DNA of 64,000 nucleotides from Eledone cirrhosa (Eukaryota): NCBI GenBank assembly GCA_964016885.1, contig OZ024741.1, positions 286,564,001 to 286,628,000 of the forward strand, read 5' to 3'. Shown piece by piece: positions 15,001 to 27,905 of this stretch (position 1 is its first letter; each line of letters starts with the position of its first letter). The notes under the pieces were generated by a model. It saw only the letters and a program-made list of their open reading frames with translations, ran no database searches and was not told where the DNA came from. The position numbers and the translations under genes were made by a program.

Positions 15001-18000
15001 AACCACAATGTCCCAGGTTCTAACCCTACATTTGTTCTTTCCAACCACAACGTCCCAGGTTCTAACCCTACATTTGTGCTTTCCAACCACAATGTCCCAG
15101 GTTCTAACCCTACATTTGTTCTTTCCAACCACAATGTCCTGGGTTCTAACCCTACATTTGTTCTTTGCCAACCACAATGTCCCAGGTTCTAACCCTACAT
15201 TTGTTCTTTGCCAACCACAATGTCCCAGGTTCTAACCCTACATTTCTTCTTTCCAACTACAATGACCCAGGTTCTAACCCTACATTTGTGCTTTCCAACC
15301 ACAATGTCCCAGGTTCTAACCCTACATTTGTTCTTTCCAACCACAATGTCCCAGGTTCTAACCCTACATTTGTTCTTTCCAACTACAATGTCCTGGGTTC
15401 TAACCCTACATTTGTTCTTTCCAACCACAATGTCCCAGGTTCTAACCCTACATTTGTTCTTTCCAACCACAATGTCCTGGGTTCTAACCCTACATTTGTT
15501 CTTTCCAACCACAATGTCCCTGGTTCTAACCCTACATTTGTTCTTTCCAACCACAATGTCCTGGGTTCTAACCCTACATTTGTTCTTTCCAACCACAATG
15601 TCCCTGGTTCTAACCCTACATTTGTTCTTTCCAACCACAATGTCCCAGGTTCTAACCCTACATTTGTTCTTTCCAACCACAATGTCCCAGGTTCTAACCC
15701 TACATTTGTTCTTTCCAACCACAATGTCCCAGGTTCTAACCCTACATTTGTTCTTTCCAACCACAATGTCCCAGGTTCTAACCCTACATTTGTTCTTTCC
15801 AACCACAATGTCCTGGGTTCTAACCCTACATTTGTTCTTTCCAACCACAATGTCCCAGGTTCTAACCCTACATTTGTTCTTTCCAACCACAATGTCCCAG
15901 GTTCTAACCCTACATTTGTTCTTTCCAACCACAATGTCCCAGGTTCTAACCCTACATTTGTTCTTTCCAACCACAATGTCCCAGGTTCTAACCCTACATT
16001 TGTTCTTTCCAACCACAATGTCCCAGGTTCTAACCCTACATTTGTTCTTTCCAACGACAATGTCCCAGGTTCTAACCCTACATTTGTTCTTTCCAACCAC
16101 AATGTCCCAGGTTCTAACCCTACATTTGTTCTTTCCAACCACAATGTCCCTGGTTCTAACCCTACATTTGTTCTTTCCAACCACAATGTCCCAGGTTCTA
16201 ACCCTACATTTGTGCTTTCCAACCACAATGTCCCAGGTTCTAACCCTACATTTGTTCTTTCCAACCACAATGTCCTGGGTTCTAACCCTACATTTGTTCT
16301 TTCCAACCACAATGTCCTGGGTTCTAACCCTACATTTGTTCTTTCCAACCACAATGTCCTGGGTTCTAACCCTACATTTGTTCTTTCCAACCACAATGTC
16401 CCAGGTTCTAACCCTACATTTGTTCTTTCCAACCACAATGTCCCAGGTTCTAACCCTACATTTGTTCTTTCCAACCACAATGTCCCAGGTTCTAACCCTA
16501 CATTTGTTCTTTCCAACCACAATGTCCCAGGTTCTAACCCTACATTTGTTCTTTCCAACCACAATGTCCCAGGTTCTAACCCTACATTTGTTCTTTCCAA
16601 CCACAATGTCCCAGGTTCTAACCCTACATTTGTGCTTTCCAACCACAATGTCCCAGGTTCTAACCCTACATTTGTGCTTTCCAACCACAATGTACCAGGT
16701 TCTAACCCTACATTTCTTCTTTCCAACCACAATGTCCTGGGTTCTAACCCTACATTTGTTCTTTCCAACCACAATGTCCTGGGTTCTAACCCTACATTTG
16801 TTCTTTCCAACCACAATGTCCTGGGTTCTAACCCTACATTTGTGCTTTCCAACCACAATGTACCAGGTTCTAACCCTACATTTGTTCTTTCCAACCACAA
16901 TGTCCAAGGTTCTAACCCTACATTTGTTCTTTCCAACCACAATGTCCTGGGTTCTAACCCTACATTTGTTCTTTCCAACCACAATGTCCTGGGTTCTAAC
17001 CCTACATTTGTTCTTTCCAACCACAATGTCCCTGGTTCTAACCCTACATTTGTTCTTTCCAACCACAATGTCCCAGGTTCTAACCCTACATTTGTTCTTT
17101 CCAACCACAATGTCCTGGGTTCTAACCCTACATTTGTTCTTTCCAACTACAATGTCCAAGGTCCTAACCCTACATTTGTTCTTTCCAACCACAATGTCCT
17201 GGGTTCTAACCCTACATTTCTTCTTTCCAACTACAATGTCCCAGGTTCTAACCCTACATTTCTTCTTTCCAACTACAATGTCCCAGGTTCTAACCCTACA
17301 TTTGTTCTTTCCAACCACAATGTCCTGGGTCCTAACCCTACATTTGTTCTTTCCAACCACAATGTCCTGGGTTCTAACCCTACATTTCTTCTTTCCAACT
17401 ACAATGTCCCAGGTTCTAACCCTACATTTGTTCTTTCCAACCACAATGTCCTGGGTCCTAACCCTACATTTGTTCTTTCCAACCACAATGTCCTGGGTTC
17501 TAACCCTACATTTCTTCTTTCCAACTACAATGTCCCAGGTTCTAACCCTACATTTGTTCTTTCCAACCACAATGTCCCAGGTTCTAACCCTACATTTGTT
17601 CTTTCCAACCACAATGTCCCAGGTTCTAACCCTACATTTGTTCTTTCCAACCACAATGTCCCAGGTTCTAACCGTACATTTGTTCTTTCCAACCACAATG
17701 TTCCAGGTTCTAACCCTACATTTGTTCTTTCCAACCACAATGTCCCAGGTTCTAACCCTACATTTGTTCTTTCCAACCACAATATCCTGGGTTCTAACCC
17801 TACATTTGTTCTTTCCAACTACAATCTCCTGGGTTCTAACCCTACATTTGTTCTTTCCAACCACAATGTCCCAGATTCTAACCCTACATTTGTTCTTTCC
17901 AACCACAATGTCCCAGGTTCTAACCCTATATTTGTTCTTTCCAACCACAATGTCCCAAGTTCTAACCCTACATTTGTTCTTTCCAACCACAATGTCCAGG

Positions 18001-19220
18001 TTCTAACCCTACATTTGTTCTTTCCAGCCACAATGTCCTGGGTTCTAACCCTACATTTGTTCTTTCCAACTACAATGTCCCATGTTCTAACCCTACATTT
18101 GTTCTTTCCAACTACAATGTCCCAGGTTCTAACCCTACATTTGTTCTTTCCAACCACAATGTCCCAGGTTCTAACCCTACATTTGTTCTTTCCAACCACA
18201 ATGTCCTGCGTTCTAACCCTACATTTGTTCTTTCCAACCACAATGTCCCAGGTTCTAACCCTACATTTGTTCTTTCCAACCACAATGTCCCAGGTTCTAA
18301 CCCTACATTTGTTCTTTCCAACTACAATGTCCCAGGTTCTAACCCTACATTTGTTGTTTCCAACTACAATGTCCCAGGTTCTAACCCTACATTTGTTCTT
18401 TCCAACCACAATGTCCCAGGTTCTAACCCTACATTTGTTCTTTCCAACCACAATGTCCCAGGTTCTAACCCTACATTTGTTCTTTCCAACCACAATGTCC
18501 CAGGTTCTAACCCTACATTTGTTCTTTCCAACCACAATGTCCTGGGTTCTAACCCTACATTTGTTCTTTCCAACCACAATGTCCCAGGTTCTAACCCTAC
18601 ATTTGTTCTTTCCAACTACAATGTCCCAGGTTCTAACCCTACATTTGTTCTTTCCAACTACAATGTCCTGGGTTCTAACCCTACATTTGTTCTTTCCAAC
18701 CACAATGTCCCAGATTCTAACCCTACATTTGTTCTTTCCAACCACAATGTCCCAGGTTCTAACCCTACATTTCTTCTTTCCAACCACAATGTCCCAGGTT
18801 CTAACCCTACATTTGTTCTTTCCAACCACAATGTCCCAGGTTCTAACCCTACATTTGTTCTTTCCAACCACAATGTCCCAGGTTCTAACCCTACATTTTT
18901 TCTTTCCAACTACAATGTCCTGGGTTCTAACCCTACATTTTTTCTTTCCAACCACAATGTCCCAGGTTCTAACCCTACATTTGTTCTTTCCAACCACAAT
19001 GTCCCAGGTTCTAACCCTAAATTTGTTCTTTCCAACTACAATGTCCTGGGTTCTAACCCTACATTTGTTCTTTCCAACCACAATGTCCCAGGTTCTAACC
19101 CTACATTTGTTCTTTCCAACCACAATGTCCTGGGTTATAACCCTACATTTGTTTGTTTCCAACTACAAGGTCCAGGTTTCTAACCCTACATTTGTTACTT
19201 TCCAACTACAATGTCCAGAG
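1..19220. repeat. 42-bp tandem satellite array (about 455 monomers; consensus TTTCCAACCACAATGTCCCAGGTTCTAACCCTACATTTGTTC), open at the left window edge
   Basis: Directly visible head-to-tail repeats. 43-bp (CTTTGCC) and 41-bp variants shift the frame, and the last 2-3 monomers at about 19130-19220 are degenerate. Confidence 0.99.
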
Positions 19221-20042
19221 TTCCCATCTATCATTTTTCCTGTTAAAAGATATTTTAGTTATTTCTCCAATGTTACTCATACATTTAATCCCGTGTATGA
19301 TTTTTATTTACATTCTCAACATTTATGTAATTTTATTTCAAAATATTCAAATTCATTTCTTGGATAAAATTATATAAAAATAATAAAGAATTTTAGATTT
19401 ATAAAAAAGCATTGGAAAGGACTATAAAATTTTATCTCAGAAATAGATTATTAAAATTCTATTCTTATTTTTAATCACTTCCACATGCCACTATTCGACA
19501 TAAATTATAGGGCTTCTTTTATGTCAACATTTAAATTATCAAAACGAAATTTCCCAGTTTGTATTATTGTTCATATATCTGGTAACCCTGGTACTTATGG
19601 TATACCACTTCTGGCCTCCAAATATTTTATATGTTCAATGTTATTGTCGTCGTTATTGACGGCACGGGTGCACTAGTAAATAATATTTCATGATAAGAGA
19701 AATAAAAGAAAACATAAACGTCAACTTGATGTTTAGAAAGTGCGTGTCTCTATATGTGTATGTATGTGTACGTATCTGTTTGTGTGCATGTGTGTATGTG
19801 CTTGCATATGTGTGTTTGTGTGTGTATGTAAAAGTTTATATATGTGTATATGTTTATGTGTGTGGCTGCGCGAGAACGTGGGCTTCTCCAGTACTAATAT
19901 AGCTTTAACCCTTTCGTTACCATATTTCTAACAATGGTTTTCAATTAGTTTTTTAAATAATCGAAAATTTGGAGAAATAACCTTTTTCATAAGTAAACTG
20001 ATGTTTGGACTAACAGAAAGTTTTATACATAATTATTTCTAC

Positions 20043-20223
20043 TTTTGGCACAAGGCCAGCAATTACCCCAGTGTATTACTGGAACTTTATTTTATCGACC
20101 CCGTAAGGATGAAAGGCAAAGTGTTAACCTCGGCGGGATTTGAACTCAGACAATAAAGGGCTGTAACTCTTTACTGCAAAGCATGGCGTCCGACCCTCTA
20201 CTGATACTGCCAATCCACCGCCC
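20043..20223 (-). mobile_element. tRNA-derived SINE (family 1)
   Basis: Reverse complement starts GGGCGGTGGATTGGCAGTATC (A-box-like), has GAGTTCAAATCCC (B box) and the body GCCTTTCATCCTTACGGGGTCGATAAAATAAAG. Highly similar to 47795-47986. Confidence 0.85.
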
Positions 20224-20257
20224 TATCAAGGAAGTTTCATACATAATATGAAGACTT

Positions 20258-20420
20258 TAGCGGCGAATTCACAGAGTCGCTAGAGTGACGGATAAAGTGC
20301 TTTGCATTATTCCTTTCAGCTCTCTACTGCTCTCTGAGTTCATTTCCTGCCGTGGCCAACTTTGCTTTTCATCCTTTTAAGGTCGATAAAAAAATCTACC
20401 CGTCCAATCTTGGGGTAGAT
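20258..20420 (+). mobile_element. degenerate tRNA-SINE (family 1-related)
   Basis: CTGAGTTCA..., CTTTGCTTTTCATCCTTTTAAGGTCGATAAAA core shared with other copies. Confidence 0.65.
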
Positions 20421-20461
20421 TCTTCCTCTATATCTCTTTCTCTCATACACACACACACACA

Positions 20462-20533
<72 letters not shown>

Positions 20534-20549
20534 GTTATATATATATAAA

Positions 20550-21113
20550 CAGGGGTTGGACAAAATAATGGAAACACCTAGCATCATAGCATCATAAATT
20601 TGAAATATCTATAAAACCGTCAAAAGCTTGTTTATTTTTATGTTTTTTTATTTATTATTAGTGTTGCTTAATATGTTTTGTTAAAATTGCTGTTTCTTTT
20701 CAGATATCATCAGAAAAAGGTAATTAAAATTCATTAAAATGACAGATCTATAGGACTTTCAAAGAGGTCAAATTGTTGGTGCTCGTGTGGCAGGTGCTAG
20801 TGTAACGAAAACAGCCGAAATGTTTGGTGTATCAAGAAGTACTGTCTCGAAAGTAATGACAGCCTTTGAGAAAGAAGGGAAAAGCTCCTCGTCGAAACAA
20901 AACTCCAGAAGAAAACCAAAAATTTCAGATAGGGACCATCGGACTCTTACGCGAATTGTTAGAAAGGATCACAAAAGTACAGCTCCCAAAATTACTGCAG
21001 AGTTTAATGACCACCTCGAGAACAATAAAAATAAACAAGCTTTTGGCGGTTTTATAGATATTTCAAAATTATGATGCTATGATGCTAGGTGTTTCCATTA
21101 TTTTGTCCAACCC

Positions 21114-21116
<3 letters not shown>
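20550..21116 (+). mobile_element. internally deleted Tc1/mariner DNA transposon
   Basis: About 90-bp terminal inverted repeats CAGGGGTTGGACAAAATAATGGAAACACC.../...GGTGTTTCCATTATTTTGTCCAACCCCTG in TA tracts. Contains only the N-terminal HTH region of a transposase (FQRGQIVGAR...AEMFGVSRSTVSKV...RKPKISDRDHRTLTRIVRK) with an early TAG and no DDE domain. Confidence 0.93.
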
Positions 21117-21193
<77 letters not shown>

Positions 21194-21824
21194 ATCTATC
21201 TATCTCCCCTGAAAAAAATTGACTGTTTCGATCTGGCAAAGTGATGGGTTCCACCAGGTTTAAAATACCCCAGACACACCTTATGACACGACGCTGCCCC
21301 TGCGACTCCATCAAGAGTCACGAGTCCATACATATACATGAACACTTCAAAACAGGTAGATTATTATTACAGAGCCAGAGGCGGTTGCAGACGGTCTAGT
21401 ATCAAAAATGTCAATCCTATTTGCTTATTACTATTTTGCATCATTCTACCTAGTTTTTGTGCAAATCTCCCTTCTCTAGTGAGCACAGGCATGGTTTAAT
21501 AGTTCGCTTCAGAATCATATGGTTACGATTTCAATCCCACGAAGCAGAGCTTTATATCATAGTTTTGGGTTCACCGATAAACGCATCAATCTTTTCCTTC
21601 TTTTTTAAGATGGAAGAGTGTGGTTTACGAGAGAGTTGATTGCAATTTCTAACGGATTGAAACGACCCCGTAGAACATTTTTCTCATGAGCTCTAGTGGA
21701 TATTTGACGTTCTTGTGGCTAAAATAAGACACTTGTTTTAACTATTTCATTACCAAACCACCTGGAACTCGCTCTAATTATATGAAACACTTACTCTGAT
21801 CAATCGACAAGTTCCAGACCTCAT

Positions 21825-22045
21825 TCGCTTGCCGAGTGGGGTGGACTTCGTCAAGTGAATCAAAGAAATGTTTCCATTGGTCTTTCCATTGCTGATACTA
21901 TCTACCGGTCACCACTCCTGGCAGAAGGAACAACGTGAAATAAAATGTCTTGCTCAAGGACACAACGCATCACCCGGTCGGAGAATTGAACTCACAGCCT
22001 AACGATTGCGAATTCAACTCTAACCACTAAGCCACGCGCCTTCAC
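21825..22045 (-). mobile_element. tRNA-derived SINE (family 2, CORE-like body)
   Basis: Reverse complement GGCGCGTGGCTTAGTGGTTAGAG...GAGTTCAATTCT...TGTGTCCTTGAGCAAGACA. A second copy lies at 27730-27905. Confidence 0.75.
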
Positions 22046-22306
22046 TATGAAACAAAACAATTTATTTCAAAGGGTTCTTATTTAAATTACACTTTTCCAA
22101 CATAATGTTAGACCTATATGTTAAGTTACAATCTTAGTAATGAAATAATTAATAATTTTAGTAAATCCCTCAACATTCTTCATTAATTAATTGAGATAGA
22201 GTTAATTTCATTAGAAAATGTAACGAAGTTAATATTTTAACTTATAAATGAAAGTTACTAAGTTTATCTTAATTTTCTACAATTCTTTTCAGATGACAGC
22301 CCTAAA

Positions 22307-23179
22307 ATGTATATTCAGTTGATCACGCTACTTACGATTAGTCTGCTAGGCTCATCCTTGGTAGAAGAAGACCAACAGAAACACCAAACCAACAAAACGT
22401 CGATTAACGAAGAACATTTACACGGACCAAACAACAACCTGAAGATTAACAAACATTCTCGAAAGGAGAGGTCTACACATCATGCTAAAATATCTAAATC
22501 TTTGTGGGGGAGTATTTTGAATCGACACAAATATAATTTCGATAGAGAATTCAACTATCCGAAAGTTCTTTCGGGAAAACTGAAACCAAATGGTCAGAAC
22601 TGGTTTAAAATCCTTCCAACGCCTGTACTAACACACAGAGTCTCTCTCCACACTATAGTCGGTTTGTATATAACTACTCTCGGACACAGAAGAATCAACG
22701 AAGTTATGTCTGAAGCTGTACGATTCCGTAAGGACAGTCTATCGTTTACTAAATCCCATTGGGCTGAATCACATCTTTTGTACTATATTACGTTCCTAAA
22801 AGAAGGAATATGTACATTTGGGATCGTCTGCTTAAACGATGATATTTACGAAAATGATTCACCTTACGCCCATTTTCTCCTGGTAACTAATGATTATTTG
22901 TTGGCTTCAGCGTATCTCTACAAACATGCTGTGGCCAAATACAAACAAATCTATAGCAAAATATCCTTCCCCAGCGTACTTAACATCATGAAACGTTGCC
23001 TTAACAACCTACCATCTGCCAGACAGTGCAAGAATAACAAAAGTGACATTCTCACTAAATACAAATGTTTACCATACTGCAAACGAGACAATTCATGTCA
23101 AGCTGAATATCTTCGAAAATTAATGACTAATGTCTTATATTTCTTTATTTCAGAATTCTCAGCCTATCAAATGGCATAA
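22307..23179 (+). CDS. putative secreted 290-aa protein of unknown family (single coding exon)
   Basis: Non-repetitive 873-bp ORF in very AT-rich DNA. Hydrophobic N-terminus (MYIQLITLLTISLLGSSL), polar linker, RKER furin-type site and Cys-rich C-terminus. A polypyrimidine/CAG splice acceptor (TTCTTTTCAG, 22283-22292) lies just upstream. Confidence 0.7.
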   Translation: MYIQLITLLTISLLGSSLVEEDQQKHQTNKTSINEEHLHGPNNNLKINKHSRKERSTHHAKISKSLWGSILNRHKYNFDREFNYPKVLSGKLKPNGQNWFKILPTPVLTHRVSLHTIVGLYITTLGHRRINEVMSEAVRFRKDSLSFTKSHWAESHLLYYITFLKEGICTFGIVCLNDDIYENDSPYAHFLLVTNDYLLASAYLYKHAVAKYKQIYSKISFPSVLNIMKRCLNNLPSARQCKNNKSDILTKYKCLPYCKRDNSCQAEYLRKLMTNVLYFFISEFSAYQMA

Positions 23180-23524
23180 ATTAGTTACTTTCAACAGCGA
23201 ATTATTTCCTCACTTCAAATAGTAGTTGATGGTTGAGCAAGTATAAAAAGTAATCGGTTACAAATCGATATGATCTGTAAATTATAAATCCCAGTTTTTT
23301 TTTTGTTTTTTTTTGTTTTTTGTATTTTTTTTTTGTTTTTTGTTTTTTTGTTTTGTTTTTTTTTTTGTTTTTTTTTGTTGTTTTTTGTTTTTTGTTTTTT
23401 GTTTTTTGTTTTTTACAAGGATCAAAGAGTACTATATACTTTAATTCCTATATTTGTTTATTATCTCTCAAAGTGAGAGAAAGAAACTTGAAGATTAATA
23501 ACAATTTCTAATGTAGTCATAAGT

Positions 23525-23720
23525 CTTGCAATATGTGGGGAAAGGTAAGTCAATTATAATGACCCCACTATTTGTTTGGTATTTTATTTCATCGTCCTCT
23601 GAAGGATGAAAGGCGATATTGACCTCGATGGGATTTGAATTCAAAATGTAAAGAAAGTAGGAACAAATGCCGCAAAACATTTTAACCGACGCTCTAACGA
23701 CTCTCGAGCAACCCACCGCA
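23525..23720 (-). mobile_element. tRNA-SINE (family 1-related)
   Basis: GGATGAAAGGCGATATTGACCTCGATGGGATTTGAA is the reverse complement of the family core. Confidence 0.7.
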
Positions 23721-23989
23721 CTCTCTTGAAGATTAAGAACAAGAACTTAGGGATTTTGACTCGAATAGGGTGATAATTAATAGATGGTGCAAATGGCTGT
23801 GTTACTCTAGATTATACAAACATGTATAATATGGTATAGTATTGTCGTAGGGGTGTCGTATTGACATATAGCGTTTTGGGGGCATTTTAAGCCTGGCGGA
23901 GCCCATCCTTCTCTAGATGTGAAGATTTATTCTAGAGAATGATAGAGAGGAAGTGAGAAAGAGACATATGAATAATCGAGCCCATTATT

Positions 23990-24137
23990 AGACTGGTGCT
24001 TTTTTATCGACTTCTAATGGATGAAAGGCAAAGTTGACCTCGGCGGCATTTAAACTCAGAGAGCAGATCAGAGCGCCGGAACGAATACCACCAAGCATTC
24101 TATCCAACATTTTAAGGGACTCTGTCAATTCACCGAC
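23990..24137 (-). mobile_element. tRNA-SINE (family 1-related)
   Basis: TTTATCGAC...GGATGAAAGGCAAAGTTGACCTCGGCGG is the reverse complement of the family core. Confidence 0.7.
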
Positions 24138-24690
24138 TGTCGTGATATCTACAGTGAACCCAATATAAGCCAACTTCTGTTGAGAAATGAGCTGCAAAAA
24201 AAGAAATGTTAAATAATAAAAGAATCAAGTTCTACAATAGTATATGAAAAGCTTCTGGTCTTGTATCGTAGTCTTTGTTTGTTTTTTACAGCATCTGAAC
24301 TGAAAAAATCTTACAAGATTCGACTGTTGGATTCAAATTTCAACTGTAACAAAAATAAATACCAGTAATATACTGTTCGTTGAAGGGTTTCATTATTGTT
24401 TTATTCTTTTTACTGGTTTCAGTAATCAGACTTCGGGCATGTTGAGAGAACACCTTTGCCGGAGGTAGTCCATCATATCAACTGCAGTATTGGGGATTTT
24501 TTTTTTTTTTTCAAATTTAGTACTTGATTTATCGATCTCTCTTTATCGAACCGCTATGTTACAGGACATGACGAAACACAGACCAATCATATATATATAT
24601 ATATGTGTGTGTATATGTATGTGTGTGTCTGTGTGTGTGTATGTGTGTGTGAGTGTGTGTGTGTATGTGTGAGTGTTTGTGTATATATAT

Positions 24691-25982
<1,292 letters not shown>

Positions 25983-26182
25983 NNNNNNNNNNNNNNNNNN
26001 NNNNNNNNNNNNNNNNNNNNNNNNNNNNNNNNNNNNNNNNNNNNNNNNNNNNNNNNNNNNNNNNNNNNNNNNNNNNNNNNNNNNNNNNNNNNNNNNNNNN
26101 NNNNNNNNNNNNNNNNNNNNNNNNNNNNNNNNNNNNNNNNNNNNNNNNNNNNNNNNNNNNNNNNNNNNNNNNNNNNNNNNNN
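25983..26182. other. assembly gap (200 N)
   Basis: Run of N. Confidence 1.
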
Positions 26183-26459
26183 GAGATATAATTAAAGTGT
26201 TAGTTATTCAGAGAGAGAGAGTCGGGAGGACAATGTGACACGGGAGGGTGTGTGGTATCTTTGTAGTGGAGTGGTGGGGGCAGGTATACCTAGCCAGATG
26301 CCAGCCGGACGGACCAGGTAGTATATATATATGTATGACTTGACTCCATCATGATTTACGTGTACATACAAAAAACGTGTAGCCTTGTGGCTATATTAGA
26401 AACTAATATTTTATTACTATGATATTTATTTCTTGTATTACTATCATATTGAATTATTC

Positions 26460-27365
26460 CAGCTTTGTATCTTTCGAGCTCAAATCCCGAGTTCATCTTT
26501 CCGGGGTCGATAAAATAAAGTACCAATAAAGTACCGGAGTAGATATCTACTTTACCCTCTTCTCCCTACAATACTGCCAATCCACTCCCCTCTATTACAG
26601 AGGGCAGTGGATTGGCAGTATTGTAGATCACTGGATAAATCCTTTCTACTAAAGTGGATTTAATCGACTTCCCCCACTTCTCAAACTACTGACAGTAGAT
26701 TGGTAGAGTCGTTAGAGCATTGAACAAATGCTTAGCTGTATGTATTCCTACTCTTTATGTTCTGAGTTTAAATCGCACCTAGGTTAAGTTTACTTTTCAT
26801 ACTTCCGAGGTCAAAAAAATGAAGTACCAATTAAGTAATGGGGTAGGTTTAATAGACTTCCGAGGTCGACGAAATGAAGTACAAGTTAAGTACTGGGGTA
26901 GGTTTAATCGACTTGCCCATCTCCCCAAAATTGTTGGTCTTGTACCTAAATTAGAAACCATCATTTAGGGGAGTGAAGGGAGGTGGATTGGCAGTATCGG
27001 TTGAGAGTCGGTCGCCATGCTTTGCAGCATAGAGTTACGGTCCTCTATGATCTGAGTTCAAATCTCGCCGAGGTTAACTTTGCCTTTCATCCTTATGGGG
27101 TCGATAAAATAAAGTACCACTCACGCACTGGGGTCGATTTAATCGACTTTCCCGTCCCCCAAAATTGCTGGCCTTGTGCCTATATAAGAAACCATTATTT
27201 AGGGTAGTGGATTGGCAGTATCAGTAGAGGATCGGAGAAAATGTTTTCTAAATTCTGATTTCGATTCCAGATAAAGTCAACTTTGTTTTTCATTCGTCCG
27301 CAGTCGATATAATCGATATTCCCCTCCCACCAAATTGCTAGCTTTCAACCTGAAGTAGAAATGAT
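26460..27365 (+). mobile_element. cluster of 3-5 head-to-tail tRNA-SINE copies and fragments (family 1)
   Basis: Repeated GTGGATTGGCAGTAT heads (26608, 26983, 27207) and GGTCGATAAAATAAAGTACC cores. Confidence 0.8.
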
Positions 27366-27729
27366 TATATGATATTATATTGTTTTATATTTTATAATAT
27401 CTTATATGATATTGTATTAAATTATACCAAATTATATTGTGTTATATTCTATTGTATCATATCATATTATATTACGTTATATATTATATTATATTATATA
27501 TTATTGTATTATATCACAATAAATTGAGTTATATTTCATTATGTGTCGTTGAGTGTTTTTGAGAAGATTGTGACAATTGTATTGACGATAGATCTTCGTT
27601 TTTGCCCACTTTCACTCTGATTTCGATCAAATAAACAATGTTAATATATGTGTATACGTGTTGTGTGAGGCACTAGATATTTTCCCTAACGTCACACAAC
27701 ATTGTATATGTTTTGTAGCTATAAATTAC

Positions 27730-27905
27730 CGTGTGGCTGAGTGGTATGAGAATTGGATTCACAATCTTGAGGTTGTGAGTTTGATTCCTGGACCGGGCGA
27801 TGCGTTATGTCCTTGAGCAAGACACTTTATTTCACGTTGCTCCTTCTACCTGAGCAACAGGAAAGACTGACGAAAACATTGTTTCCTCGGTCCGATTTGA
27901 TGAAA
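27730..27905 (+). mobile_element. tRNA-derived SINE (family 2)
   Basis: CGTGTGGCTGAGTGGTA...GAGTTTGATTCCT...TGTCCTTGAGCAAGACACTTTATTTCACGTTG, similar to 21825-22045. Confidence 0.75.

Noticed and set aside
1-19220. CRISPR array
   Set aside because: Contiguous repeats with no unique spacers, no cas genes, eukaryotic context.
13-19367. Long repetitive ORFs (up to 1400 aa) in the satellite
   Set aside because: A 42-bp monomer without stops is open in several frames on both strands, and frequent 41/43-bp variants break frames without constraint.
20690-20715. CTGATGA...GAAA on the minus strand in the Tc1 element
   Set aside because: No pairable stems I or III; chance match.
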